Below are positions 25,296-39,400 of a stretch of DNA of 64,000 nt, in pieces. The position numbers and the translations under genes are program-made. Within the stretch, counting starts at the first letter, position 1, and each line of letters starts with the position of its first letter. Source of the DNA: Ophelia neglecta (lineage: Eukaryota); the NCBI GenBank assembly GCA_965285935.1, contig OZ260664.1:72354001-72418000 (forward strand), in the 5' to 3' direction. Below the pieces are notes generated by a model. That model was not told where the DNA came from, did not search any database, and saw only the letters and a list, made by a program, of their open reading frames with translations.

Positions 25296-27649
25296 TATAC
25301 CCCGCAGATTGATCGTATTCCTCGAACACGAATAAATCGGTCCCAAATCCTCAGCAATCGTCACCCAAAAGTTCATAAGCAGCAAACTTGAAGGTTCTTA
25401 AGACTAATACGAATGTGTTCTTACTGATCTACAAGGCAATTCTATTTATTTCAATCTAAATGCAGTATGAAAATCACACTGACGTACTCGAATGGATAAT
25501 ATCACCTGTACCAGTTGGTCTTGGTTTACGGGTGTTTTTCTACTCACCAGTGATATTTCATTGCATCGAAATATTTCTAGAAAATATAGTTTTATTAGTG
25601 CTTGCTTAACAGGGAACCATCTAACGCAACACATTGAAAAAAACCCAGTATTTTTGATGAAAGTTTTCTAATAGTTAACATCTTACCCCTTTTGATTTGG
25701 GATTACCCAATAGTACCTACTATTATGCGTTTTGTTTCCTTTGAACTGCGGCCGATGTAAGCTTATCACTGTAATGTTATATTTAACAGCTGTTTTTCTC
25801 CATTGGTATCATTACTTATTTCTATGCACGTGTCTTAGAATTAGGGATTTGGTCGTTGGCGTGTTTTACGATTTGTGGTTGATGAAGGCGGTCATATTAA
25901 TTGATAATACATGATAAATTTAATACAGTTAGGTGAAATATTATAAGAAACTTATTTCAAAACGTCTCATGTGCTATGCCCTTAGCTGACGCGATACTAT
26001 ATTTCAGTGTTTAGGTTTTTTTCTGGCCAGGTTATTGTGGTTAGGAAACTTCCTGCCCACACATTCCCGGGTACACCACTCTTAAAATGCTGCTTATGTT
26101 TTCGCTAGTCTATATTCTTAGGTACCAACCTCCGTAATATCCACAGCCCCCTCTAACACCGTTGAGCGTTTGGTGTGCACGGCAATGAAATCCATACTTG
26201 TAAGGCTAAGGCTGAGAATTTTTTTGTTCCAATTGAGCGCTGCCTGGCAATTGCTTCCTAAAATTGGTGACAGAGCAAACAGACGCTATGGGCAAGTTGG
26301 TGTCAATTATCACAGCTTTTTTGTTCGCGACAACAGATAGAGCCATGGGCAATCTTTTAGCGGAGCTCGAGAATGTTTACTTTGTAATGACAATAGACTT
26401 AAGGCATCTTGCTGAAACACAATTTCTACTATTACAGCAGATCCGTTTCACTGTGGCCAGGAATAAATGGTCGCTGGTAGAGAGATAACTTCATCGATGA
26501 AACTGGTATTGATTATGAATTTCTTGTAGCTTGAACGTTCCTTTTCTTTGTGAAAGCAGCAAGGTGTTTTTTTCTGTTAGTAATATCAGCATGGGAGCGT
26601 GGTGTTATCTGCTTTAGTTCAAAAAAGAATATTATAAACTCACAAGCAGACCTTGTGTTGCCGCCTTTCATTATTTGGCCAAATATCATATTTAAAGTGC
26701 TCTCCCGGTATAATTGGCGGAAAAGCCCTGGCCCATTGATACATTGAATTTATTGACGTCCATTATATTTTAGGTTAAACCATCAGACGTTGGCAACTAA
26801 CATAAAATTGATGATGATAAAATCCCATGAGGAGAGGAAATAACATACTCTACACCATATAATTACGTGAAATGACCTATGCACCAAGTCATTCAATACA
26901 GATTATGACGTCATATTACAAAGATGCTATTTCGGACTGAGTTAAGTCAAAATGGCAGAGCTTATTTTAAGCTACCAAATTCAAGTCGGATTTTCATAAA
27001 ACTACTGCGCTATGCAATGAATACAAAGCAATACCGCATACAGCATTAAGAGTTCCGCAGATGCTGTTTAAAAATTTTAGCTTTCAAAGCCATTTAGAAC
27101 CAAATCGTTCTTTTTGCAGTCTGTGTTCCTGAAATAAATACTTGCAATAATATTGGATAGAACGGCTTAAATCATCCACGAAGAATTAAGGTGTTGCGGT
27201 ATTGAAGGCAGGGCCGCCTATTCCTGTTGGTAAACAAGTCCCATAACGAATTTTTAAAGCGATGCCTGATGATATTGGCAAATGCTAGACCATATTGTTA
27301 TCATCCTTATTTGAGTCCGTGTTAAAATCCCACAGTGTCACCATCATGATGATGGATAGTCAAACAATCGATTCTCCAGGGCCTTCATTAAACTTCAGAC
27401 TCACGCGACAAGCCATTGTTACATTCTTTACAGACACAAACTACTCAATCACTCAGTGCATCATTGTGGATATCCTGTGTCTTTCTGGGAACTGCTAACC
27501 CCGGTCTTCACTAGTCTATATTATTATTATTTAACACTTCCATGTTTCTGCAAGCCAAACATTTTAGAAACGTACATCTATAATAAGTGGATTCAATTTC
27601 AATGGAATGACTATTTGTGGCATTATGAGTGTACATACTTAGACATAAT

Positions 27650-28560
27650 CGACAGAATGGCAGCAACTTAAGGACATATGTTCTCCCTAGATGTTGGAGA
27701 GAATGTATTCTAGATTATTTGAGTTGGTTAATGCGAATAAGATTTTCTTTGAAACCAATGCAGTTTCTGAGAAAAAAAGGTACAAATTCGTTATTAATTC
27801 TTCTTCTTAACAAATAGCTAATGCTCTCCAGAACAACGATATAGGTCTGCGATTACTTTTGGATTTTTCTAAATCTTTCAATACGGTTAATCAGTTGATG
27901 TTGACATTCTTAATCATGTTGTCTCTTCGCATCAATTATGATATCTATACTTGGACTGCTGTGCCAAGGGTTTGTTCGAGAGGAGCATGGATTGAAGTGT
28001 TGCCTACGGATGAAATTAATATGTACATCCAAATAATTACCCACTGATAATATGTATATTAATGCGCAAACGATAATCACCTGAAATAAAAACGAAATTA
28101 ATATAACTCAGTTAAAGTGACACAATGAAAACTGAACAGTTTCGCACAAAAGAAAAACGCTGATGAAGAATTGAAACTTGGGTATTTTGGAAACCCGAAT
28201 ATTACAATATATTATTATAATAGTGTTATGCAGATGAAAGCATGAACATTATTCGATTCCATTATGTTGATATGAAGCGGCTGACTTATGCTGCGAGTTA
28301 AATTTGAGACATAAATTCAATCAATCAACCAATTAATCAATCGATACTCTCTCAGACAGTTCACCCATTACTGGCGGTGTTCTTCAGGCGTCGATATCGC
28401 GTCTCTTGTCCTTTAACTTATATATCAAGGTATGGCACAATGTGTCCCCTGCTTTATATCCGGTATTTTTGACCACGACACACAGACGCTTGGAACTTCG
28501 ATTACAAAATTAACTTGAAACCTACAATATTGAATGGCTTAATGTTGATAACCTTTCAGC
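27650..28560 (+). mobile_element. Decayed L2/CR1-group LINE RT remnant (frameshifted, interrupted)
   Basis: Ordered degenerate motifs QFLRKKGTN (QYGFRK.HST), LLDFSKSFNTVNQ (FLDFSKAFDTVNH), ITGGVLQASI..L.FNLYI (GVPQGSILGPLLF.LYI) and EWLNVDNLS (WL..NKLS). Confidence 0.7.
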
Positions 28561-31500
28561 TTATATACATTTTACTTCTTTGATTGTGTCTACTAATGGC
28601 AAGTCTATGGAAAGAGTTTATTAAACTAAATTCAACAGTCTCATTATAGATTCGAAGTTAAAATTGATGGATCACAATTTTTTAATCTAATATCAAAACT
28701 ATATAGCTATATTGAATAAATGTAATACTGTTGGTCTATCATCCAATCTCACTTCTCTTACTCTTTGGTCTATTAATATCAGACCTATTATATTGGAGTT
28801 CTGCCTATGGTTCTGTATTAGTTGCACACTTTAATACCCTTTAATAGCCTTTTATGGACGATTCTCCATTGGATCAACGATGCCAGGTTCTCAATACACA
28901 TACGTTTCGATCGCCGTTTTATGGGACATGATTTTTACGAGACGAAAGTATATGAATTGGCTCCTATCTTTTGTATCGGTATCAACACGTCGATTTACTA
29001 AAATATGCACACAATAAAGAACGTAGCTGTAATGTAACAATATAAGAGATGTATAAACAAGTTGATACATTTCATTTAAGGAGAGTCATTCATAATAGGC
29101 TATAAGGCAAGTAATGGACTATGAATCACAAGAGCTTATCAGGGCTAATTAATTTATATTTTGTCTCTAGGAACTGTGCATTGTTAGATCTCGTTGGTTG
29201 GTCGAAATGATTTTGATAGCCTTCAAATTAATCTTCCTCCAGTGGCAGTATTGTCAGTTTAAACATTAACAACTCTTCTTGTATGGACCAAACTAGTTAG
29301 GGAGCACGGAGGGGCTGATACTCATCGTGTAATTTATCCTTTCCGTCTCCAACATTTATTCTTTGAATATTTATCAATATAATAAAAATTCTGTTTTTAA
29401 TGATGATATACCGAGCTACGCATCACCTTTAGGACTCGACTTGGGAATAAGCTGATCACGTTTGCTCGGTGGGAACCGAAAGAATTAGCCTTTTGGCCTA
29501 TGCAAAAAACAATGTTGTAGCGACTAAATTGTACCAAATTACATTGTTTGCTATTTATAATAATAGTGAAAAGGTGATCTTGGGGGAGGGACGAGGGGAA
29601 GGTTCATCCGCATTGTAATGTCGACAATGTTCTAACTTAGTACTGCCAAATAAAGGTCGCGCTATTACCTAGGCACATAAGCTATGGCAACTTGCTAACA
29701 GTTTTTTTTATAAGAAGGAAATAGTAGATTTATGTTCACACTGTACGTTTCTATGCTTAAATTTTCCTCCACCCACCTTTCTTCTACTAACGATAGCACG
29801 TACCATTAAACACTGCATCAATAGGCAATTTCTAAAACATAAAAAATAAAGAAGGCCAAGGCAAATGAGACGAGGGAAGGTTTAGTTGTGGAACTTTGAG
29901 TACCGGGCTGACAAAGAAAACTCTTTAATCAACAACAGCATATCAAGTCGGTCAGAAAGCTTCAGGAACCGACAGTCGCAGATCCACAATATCAACTCCC
30001 ACTTCCCTAACCGATAACTTCCGAAAATATGCGACTATAAAATGTACCCATATTATTCTTTAGTATGGGTCTCCCTACTCAAAACAAGCCGCAAAAAGTC
30101 CTCGAATGAGTCATTATCTTGCCGATCGATTGTAGCTGCTTCAAAGAATAACTACGAAGCGAAAATCTTTAAGTAGGAACCCAGTTTATTTACAGATATG
30201 ATTGAAGACGGTCGCCTCGTGGAAGAACAGCAAGCCTGCGAGTAAGGTGATAGCGCCAATATCTAGACAAAGAGTAAAACCATTAACGTCTGACAGATAT
30301 GTACGCTATCCTTCTGTTTATATCTAACCACACTATGAGACAGCGCCATAAGGATGGTACAAGTACGTCCAGCTTATAAAAAGAATAAAAAAGTGGCCTT
30401 GAATTCAGTTGTCGTCCTTGGTTGTCGGCAACGTGCTGTTCAAATTTCACGCTTCCAAAATCAAAATCCTGCTCCATTTTGTTTTAGGAGTAGTGTTGAC
30501 ATCCATATATATTTCAGAATACCGGTATTAGATTCCTTCGCATTATTGACCTTATGTTGAAGGTTTATTCTTTCAACAAATAAAAATGGTGAATAAACGA
30601 GTTACTTGAATGGCAGCTGGAAGCAAATCTTGGAATAGAAGGGATAGGAAACTAACTGAAAAATCATCAACAACCTGTAGTGTTGGCACAAGCTGTGTGT
30701 CATTTCAATCCAATACTCGAATTAATTGGCTATAAGGTCAGCAAAAAAGGTTCATTAATAAATATTATTGATCGCCATGAGACATTTATACACAGGATGA
30801 CCAGTGTCGAGCATATGATTTGAGCAATATATAATGCAAAGAAAATATCAACCAATGGAATCTGCTGCAACATGGTCCCAACTACGTAGAAAATTAATTT
30901 CCTGATATAAAGTCACCTTTGGAGAAAGAAAGTTATTACATGACAGCGCAATGAAAAATGTAATCACAAAGAAACAAATGAAACTGTTTTATCTTTAGAC
31001 GGTTAGAAATCGTTTAACCTTTAAACGTTCTTTTATTCAAATAATTTGAATATTTGATTAATATTACTTGTGAGCAAAGAATGGGAATATCCGTAGAAAC
31101 CCTATTTTCAGGCGTTCTCTGATTTAAATAGACGGATACCATGGTCAATTTGGTGAATTTGTTTATCATAGTTTTTGCAGCCGTGCTTGTAAAAATAATG
31201 TTCGCGGATGTTAGCCAGTCGTGTAATGGAGGGGGGGGGGGGGTATATGCCATATTCAATTTATATTCAATTAATGTTAGCCTCAGGTTGCTTGCTCCTG
31301 ACGATCTAGGACTGATTAAATTGCCTATTGTTGATTGAATTTAGTGCGAGCATCCACTCCCTTTTATATAGGTACTTTGAAAAAACTAGCATTAAAAGAT
31401 ATCATTTATGTTAAAAAACATATTCAACAACAAAATGTCGTCATTTCCTCCTGAGTTCGCACACTTATTTCAGGGGTTTATATATCATCCGCATTTCTGA

Positions 31501-31832
31501 TGCAATGGAACAGTTATATTTGCTATATTTTCAATTCTGTAACCAGGAAAGCCTTTTCTATAAGGGTGTGTATCACAATAAAATATGGGCGATTACACTT
31601 GCTGTTACAATTGACTACAGACGTTGATGTCCAGCATACTTTCCCATTGAAACACACATTGATAGATATGTTGATTAGATTTTTTTGCGCCTTCACCAGG
31701 TGGCCTGGCCGCACGTTTCCTTTGCACCTTTCATCACAAATTTTTAAGCCCAGGTTAATAAATTAGGCAGATTCGTAAATCTGATTCAGGAGGCTCTCCA
31801 TAAAAATGGTACATGTAGATAGCTGAACCGAA

Positions 31833-31980
31833 CTCATCAGGAACATCAGCATCCACAACTCACATCCATCAATAAATCGATATCCAACTCCAAAGAGGAA
31901 AGAAATAACAAACATGTAAAAATAACAAACATTCCTAAACAAAATAATGATATTACTTACAATAAGAAGTAGTCAGCAGT
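31833..31980. repeat. Diverged inverted copy of the repeat at about 4900-5030
   Basis: TCATCAGGAAC..CAGCA...ATCAAT...TCCA.CTCCAAA...CATGTA.AAAATAA..ACATT matches the reverse complement of 4900-5030. Confidence 0.55.
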
Positions 31981-32519
31981 TATCAATGATGCGAGCCATA
32001 TTACAAAACAGCCCATTAGATAGGACAGAGTTGAAATATACCCCAAGAAAGACTATGATGGTGTAAGCTCTCTCTTAATATTAAGATACTATTGGTGCCT
32101 CAGTAACGCGAGGCCAAAGATCGAGAAAGGGCCTCTGCATACTAAATTAAAATGGTACATTCTCCTCGATATTACTATGTAATGTTAACCAGTGAACCAG
32201 TTACGCATTTACTGTGATTGAACGCAGGGAAGTATTTAGGACCTATTTTGTTTCTTATATACAAACTTCTTCTGGGGATATTGTACGATCTCATCAAAAC
32301 TTCCTAAAACTGAATGATTCGGGAACAGATTCTTGCTCATTGGCCTAATATATTCCGACCAGTCTAGTGATCATGCTGTCATTGCCATTGGAGAAACAGA
32401 AGTAATTTCGTGTAATTCAGCATAAAATCAGGTAATTCATTAAAGAGATGGCGCCATGAGTAAGCATATAAATGACATATGTTCTAGTGTATACTTCCAG
32501 TTAAGAATTAATATCTAGC

Positions 32520-32760
32520 ATGAAACGCAACATTCCACCAGAAATTTTACATCCCGTACTTCATGCTTTAGTCATTGCCAAGCTAGAAAATCTAAATTCA
32601 ATGTATACAGGACTACTAATGGTTCTTTTGAATAAATGCAAGAAGTGCAGAACGCGACTCCAGGTGATGGCTAAACATTTACGAACTAAAGCAGGAATAA
32701 ACGGATATATACGGCCTTGGACACGCAGTGTACAAACGCTACGCTCCCAAGTTTAGCGTG
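32520..32760 (+). mobile_element. Decayed L2 ORF2 C-terminal remnant
   Basis: VLHALVIAKLENLNSMYTGL resembles the L2 motif LVHALVISRLDYCNSLL.GL. Confidence 0.55.
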
Positions 32761-32955
32761 TTCACTCCAAATAAGATTGCCAATGTGCAACTGGCTTGAA
32801 ACCGAAGTGTGATTCCATCCAGCGTAGGCTGCAAACATCACAAGGCTCTTTAATCTGGGCTAATCGCTAGATTAGGACTACCAGCTGATCTCCAGTGGCA
32901 GATAATCTGATATATTGTCAGTGATTCGTGTCGGTTCAGTTGCCTGGAGCAAGCA

Positions 32956-33039
32956 GAAAAATAGAGAGGAGACCAATATGTTATGGCATCGAAGCGAAAA
33001 ATAGAGAGGAGACCAATATGTTATGGCATCGAAGCGAAA
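32956..33039. repeat. Perfect 40-bp tandem duplication
   Basis: GAAAAATAGAGAGGAGACCAATATGTTATGGCATCGAAGC x2. Confidence 0.92.
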
Positions 33040-33202
33040 GAATAAAAGTAGGATATAATCCCAAACACATAGCAGTTCCCACAGGAGAGCAATCATCAAC
33101 AGTAACTGGAACAAAATGATTGTTTTCAACCTCAGTGGTGCAGTGCGCTCACAAGACAGACAATGCCCTTTGTTGACACACTGACACTCTAAGACTTGTG
33201 CA

Positions 33203-33250
33203 AGGAAGAATAAATAAATAGAAATAGGAAGAATAAATAAATAGAAATAG
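33203..33250. repeat. 23-bp tandem duplication (AGGAAGAATAAATAAATAGAAAT x2)
   Basis: Directly visible. Confidence 0.85.
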
Positions 33251-36200
33251 TTAAAAGGCTTGGCTGCATTAAGGAAATGATTATTCAGAATGCTAATATA
33301 AAACGGATGAATTGTAAGGATAAAGCAGGAGCGGAAATCCGCAACTTACCGAAATTGACGATCGAAGACAGACTTGGATACCCAGCAGAGAAAGCAAAAT
33401 CATTTATTGATAACAGCGCACTAAATCGGTTCAAAATAATTAGAAACCACCTGCTAAAGGTCCATATACATCAATCTCCAATCAATTACCCAAAGGCTAC
33501 CTGCATCTCACAGAATGCTCGTAATGCCTAAAGCTAAGGCTCCATTGAATGGATTTAATGATTCAGGATACTGTTAAATAAACTAGTCAAATACGTTTAC
33601 AATGCAAGCCCGACTCATCAGCAGGTTCACTACAATTAAGAATAAGATCATTAATCATCTGCATTAACATGCGAGTGATTGTTTTAATTAGCATCATTTA
33701 ACAATAATTCAAATAGAACATTATGATAGCATAGCTTGAAATCAAATCATATAGGTGAATGATATGGCCTTTACTATTTGAAAAAGAAGTTCTAACATAA
33801 TCACCATTGTTGTTTGATGAGATTCCTTGCATTTCAAAGGATGGTACTTGTTTGGAAGCGTAACGGTATATAGGCAAGTGCTTAATTTTTTTGGGTTATG
33901 TTTTTTTCTTGGCACGGTAACAGCGGCCACAATTAATGCCATATTCTATTTTAGCTTTTCTGACTTCCTAGTATTTTAACGAGAATGGAGCCTGTTATAC
34001 ATCAATATTTTACTGGTCGTGTCTTTGGAAAACAAGGATTATCCGGAGGAAAAGTAAAGCAATTGTTCAAGAATATACCATCAAAGGGGTCCGCATTCAT
34101 CAACAGAGGTATTCATCCCTACGAACCAAAAACGTCGATTTTAAATGCATTTTGCCTATTTCGGGGGGCAATCATCCTATAACCCCTGTATCCAGATTGG
34201 TTGAAAGAAACGTCAACACACTCCTTAAGCAGCGTTCGCAATCTAATCACGACATATCCATTTGATGTGATTACTGTTCTCACCTCGGCCACTGATGAAG
34301 GTTAATCTCTTTCGGTGAATATCACACGTCCGCCTTTATAATCATATGATCAAAGGCTAATCTAATTTTCCAATCCACATTGTGATTAGTGGTTATTTAC
34401 AATTTCGTTTAAACATGAATGAGATCAGTATGCCTTCAGGGATAACTTGGGTGCTGGTAATTACTCATCTTGCCATTTGATTCACACAGGGGTTCAACAG
34501 AATGTACAGGTGAAACCAAAATATAAATGTTCAAAATAACAGGATGTATTAAGTTCACGTCGACGGGCTGCATTAGCATAACATTGCTTTTACAATTTAA
34601 ACTACTCTTGTATTGTATTTGTCACCATTTACGCACAAAGTTAAGGAAGATTGTGTTTTCCGAAGGCTAGGAAACGAAGTGATAGAAATGAAGTATGAAT
34701 AGGTAGGAATGAATAGATTGCCTACAGAGTAGGAAAGTCAACAATAATGTGTTGCGTCTTTTGTGAAATAAGAGAACATTATATTCCAATGTATACGTTT
34801 GTATTTAACGAACAGCAATAATGTAAAAGTTTTAAAAAATAAGCAATTTAATAATAAATAATACACTTTCTTAAGAAACTAATTCTCCTTAAAAAAATCA
34901 ACATAATTAAAACATTGCAAACATGTACTCACAGGCTGTCATTCCTAGTTGAATAACCTTAGCCGGTATTCTAAAATTATGATAGAGCATAGACCTGGGC
35001 TATATATCATTTCTGTCCTATATGTCGACCAGTGGAACGTTTATATTGTGTTCTGATTCGCATAATGTTAAACTCTTTATTAATAATCATTGCCCGTGAT
35101 ACAATATTTAAGTTTTCATTGTGTTTTTTTTGCATTACAAGTTAAATTTCTATGGGTGCTGGTTTCTGATCCTATCGGACCCGTTTATGGTTTCAATGAT
35201 TTCGCTTTGCTTTGCTTTGCCTCCGGATATCCATCCTTGTTTCTTACATACCCAAAACTATGTATTTCATTTAATAGATATCTAACAGTGATCATTGTTT
35301 TATCTGATTTTAAGTACAGCAACACAAAATTAAAAATCTAATGGTGAAATGTATATCCTCACGCACATATTTGACAGTTTGGAATAGCCAAATAATGTGC
35401 TTATTATAATTTGATCATACCTATTCCATAAATTGCTTAAAACTAGTCGAGATGCTAGTCAGATGAATGGATACACAATTGTATATTAGCTAATGAGCGC
35501 CCATTAAAAAAAATGTATAATTATCAACGAAGAATGGAATAGAAATATGCTGATTATTTTATTATAAAATTGCTAGTACATTCTAGTTTTTAAAGGATGT
35601 GATATATTTAAGCTATAACAAAATAATTTCATAGCCCGTATCACTAAGCAGTTTAATATCTGTGTCGAATTATCTCAAGCCACGACCTATTTAGTTATGA
35701 GATGAAAGTATTTATACATCTATGACGATGGGCACAGTTTGAACACCGAAATTTGTCATTGACAAAAGCTCCCAAAAATCAGTTGTAACATTTTTTCTGC
35801 CAAACCTTGGTCATACTGTGCTGTTCAAAAGAGAACTATTAGACTTGACATAGGTTTTTATAGACTTATTCGACAAGAACACTAACACTTATAACCTTTA
35901 ATACGGTGAAACCAAAAATTCATTGACTACCGTAGTCGAGTTGTTATGGGTAAAGCTTTCAGTCTTGCACTTCAGCTATCCAGCATAAGTCTATAGAGGT
36001 ATTGTTATTGTTTATATTTCATATCTGAGTCAATAATAACAGCACGATTTGCAGGAAATAATAAGCACAATTTCAACAAAGCATTGGACGTGTAAACTAT
36101 ACAGAAGAGACTGGTCCATTATGCTATCATGAACACTGTTATCCGTGGTGTATAATTTATTTGTGAAAGAATCCAGTTCCAGTTGCATAAAATGTCACTA

Positions 36201-36442
36201 TTCCTTATACCTCGATTCGCCAATTGCACTCTTCTTTAACATCAATGAGTAAAGGGGCTGATTTGCGGATTCACACTCAAAGCATTTATATTAACACAAA
36301 TAACGGGATTTTTTAAGTATCAAATGGTCCCTTGGTCTTAACAGTCCGGTGCGAGTTGCTTGTGGACGTGTGGCATGAAAACAGGAGAGCACCGTCCGTA
36401 TCGTACACATTTCATCGTAATGTCCATACGGTTCTCCAAATG

Positions 36443-36465
36443 TTAGCTCATGTCCCAGATATTTG
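36443..36465 (-). CDS. CA10: CARP terminal coding exon (ANIWDMS*)
   Basis: TTTGTTTCAG acceptor at 36466, phase 1. Gives YQANIW, matching the Y..N.W C-terminus of CARPs; TAA at 36443-36445. Confidence 0.75.
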
Positions 36466-39400
36466 CTGAAACAAATGAAGAAACCTTATTGTAATCAGAT
36501 TCAGAAATAAATATATACATTTTGAACAGTATGCACTATTTTCGAGGTAATAACCTGAGGGACCACTTAAAAAATGATAATTAAAAGCTTATAATGGCGG
36601 CTTCCTTCATACGTAAACCCTGTATATCCTTATGAAGGCTTGTGATAGACATGATTAGCTTACTGTAAGGCATATATGACAATATTATAGTGCGCACACA
36701 TGTGGGTAAAATGAACAACTTTTGGGTACAGTGGTATGAAATATTAATAAAAATTATTTCAGTACATCAAAAGTATTGACAACACTCTCAGAAACCCGAT
36801 ACCTGCATTTGTCATTTTGATATTAAGTATGTGCTACAGATTATGAGTTAAGGCATTGTTTTTCGAATTCCTATTCGAAACATATTAACAACCAACTTTG
36901 GTCTATAACAAATAACACGTTACTAATTGACTGTTCATTTACCTGATATGAAAAACCGGATAATGGCTCACTTATATCACATGTTATATACTTCTAGGCT
37001 ATATTTTATGGTATTTGGTGCGACATTTAATGGGTTTTGTAAAGGATAAAAGCAATGGCATTACGCATTTTGGATACTCACATTATACCACAACTAACGC
37101 TATTTGGCTCTGTAAAACCCCGTACAAATGCAACCTCTTCTACCTTATTTCAATAATTCGCCTTAAGCAAAGCCCAAACAACGTCTAAATAATCACGATT
37201 GCACTGTTAGGCACTAACACGCTTGACATAATATAATAATGGAAATAATTTTCGCGAAACACGTAAATACAGTGTGCATAAATTTTGATATGATTGTACA
37301 CATGGAAGGAAAACGAATGGTGTATTGGTGTAGGATAAAATGAAAACATGTGATGCGTACAACATATAGCACATCTTTCCTTCTTTGTTCTCGTGTATAT
37401 AATGATAGTTGGTCATGTAATTAGATGGATGTAATTATAAAGTAGTTGTATAATGGTGAAAATATGCAAATATCTTGTCCTTTTACTTTTTAAAGCATTC
37501 TTGTCAGCATTAAACTTAAAATCGATCTCCCTACGTTACAGTCGATAGGAACCGGTAAAAGCAAATACTGGGCTACATACGCGAGATAGTATCGTCAACC
37601 TGTCGGTATTCAATTCTTTAAATGCCTTACTTAAAACCCCTAACTTCCTTTTTTGAAATATATTTGTTTTTTTTATTTTAAAAAAGCGTCATTTGTCAAC
37701 TGCTACTGAACCGACATCATTTAAAATGGCCACCATTTATGTTTTTGTTTTGCTTTTATTGATAATGTGGGTGTTTTGAATAATATTTCGATAATATTCA
37801 TATAGGCAACCAATTAAATGAGAATTTTGCCGAGTTGAAATTAATAATGAATCATCCGCCCATAGCAACCTGTAACCTTCGAATGATGAATATACAACAC
37901 GGCATATCACGAGTAACGATATAGTGCAGAGGAAAGAAATGTGGTGAAAATTGATAAAGCAAAGTAAACATAATAAAACATTTAGTTGGAGCAGAAATAA
38001 ATGGAGTGTTGAAGGTTAACATGCAGTACACAAACTACCAGTTATTCACTAAGAATACGTGTTTTACAAAATGTGGTTATCGTTCCGGTTGTTCAGCACA
38101 TGGATTTCAATAGGCTCAAAAGATATTCCTTATAGAATATTATATTATAATGAAAATTAATGAATTAAATACTGTATTAAACAAAAAGAAATTATCGGTG
38201 GATGGACAGGCAGCAGACCAGCGGTCACTTTAATGTAATGAAGGGTCTGTTTCACGCGTTATGAAGTTAACATTCTTTTATACTGTTGATTAGTTCGAGA
38301 AAATATTCGCATGGCTTTGTAGAATAAATGAGTTAGTTAAAAGGACTAAATTTGTCGTGGATTTTTCACGGAGTTATTTTAGGTAGCGAAACTATTACGG
38401 GTAAGATGCAAAAGCAAACTGATGCATCCGATCTATGAAACTTAACCAATAGATTACTGACAATGACCTTAAATGACTTTCCATTTAGTGACAAGGAGAC
38501 AGGTTACGATCATAATGTTTGATTGCTGTATCAGAAGGCCGTTGCCAAAAGACCAGGAGGTCAGCAGGCTAGTATCATCTCGCCTACCAGATACCGTGTC
38601 AACGGTTACATCTGCAAAGCCAAATGGAAAATAAATGATGTTATTGTGGATGGTATCGAGACTTCTAGTCAAGTTTGCTGTGAGCCTATGAAATTCAATA
38701 AAAGAATGGGCCGAAGTCATCGGTGTGATTTTACATATCTTTGAGGAAAAGGACTGATTAGTGTTCCATTTCATTGCTTATCACAAGAAATACAACTACT
38801 TTGAATATTGTTATCATTCTCTTTTTATGTTTAACCTCCCACTTCAGGGGAAATGGATGAATTTCGTGACATCATGAGGGTTGGACTGACACGAAGATTA
38901 ACATGAGACAGATAACAAACATCACGAACAGCTAGAACTACATTAACAACATTATTTTCGTACGAAATTACTTCTGACAAAAACACTCATCGAGTGTTGC
39001 CTGTTGCACTAGAGAAGATAAAGAGCCATTCACACTTCACACTCATTATAGCTTATATATTTGACCTGACCGGGTATGTATCATATATTATTGTTTTATA
39101 GATATTTTGGTTTGTGGAGTGTGTGTGTGTGTGTGGGGGGGGGGGATAGTAAGTGAAAATACTTTTTTTTAACACCAGGTAGTACCAGAGTCGATTAAAA
39201 GAAATTAGGTATTCCGAAGACCGACATTATTCATTGCATAACCTCCCGCGATACGGTGTACAGGAGTTTCCTGCTGGTAGGAGTCCGCCAGTATTGGAAC
39301 ACTAGTTTTTAAAGCCGCCGGTCCAGAAATCCTAGTATATAAGGCCCTCGTTCTGGAAATCATTTAAGTCCCCCTGTAGCATAACACTGGTTTAATACTT

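Noticed and set aside
26240-26490. Helitron/PIF1 helicase remnant (WQLLPKIGD)
   Set aside because: Only one weak motif resemblance, with no ordered series of helicase motifs.
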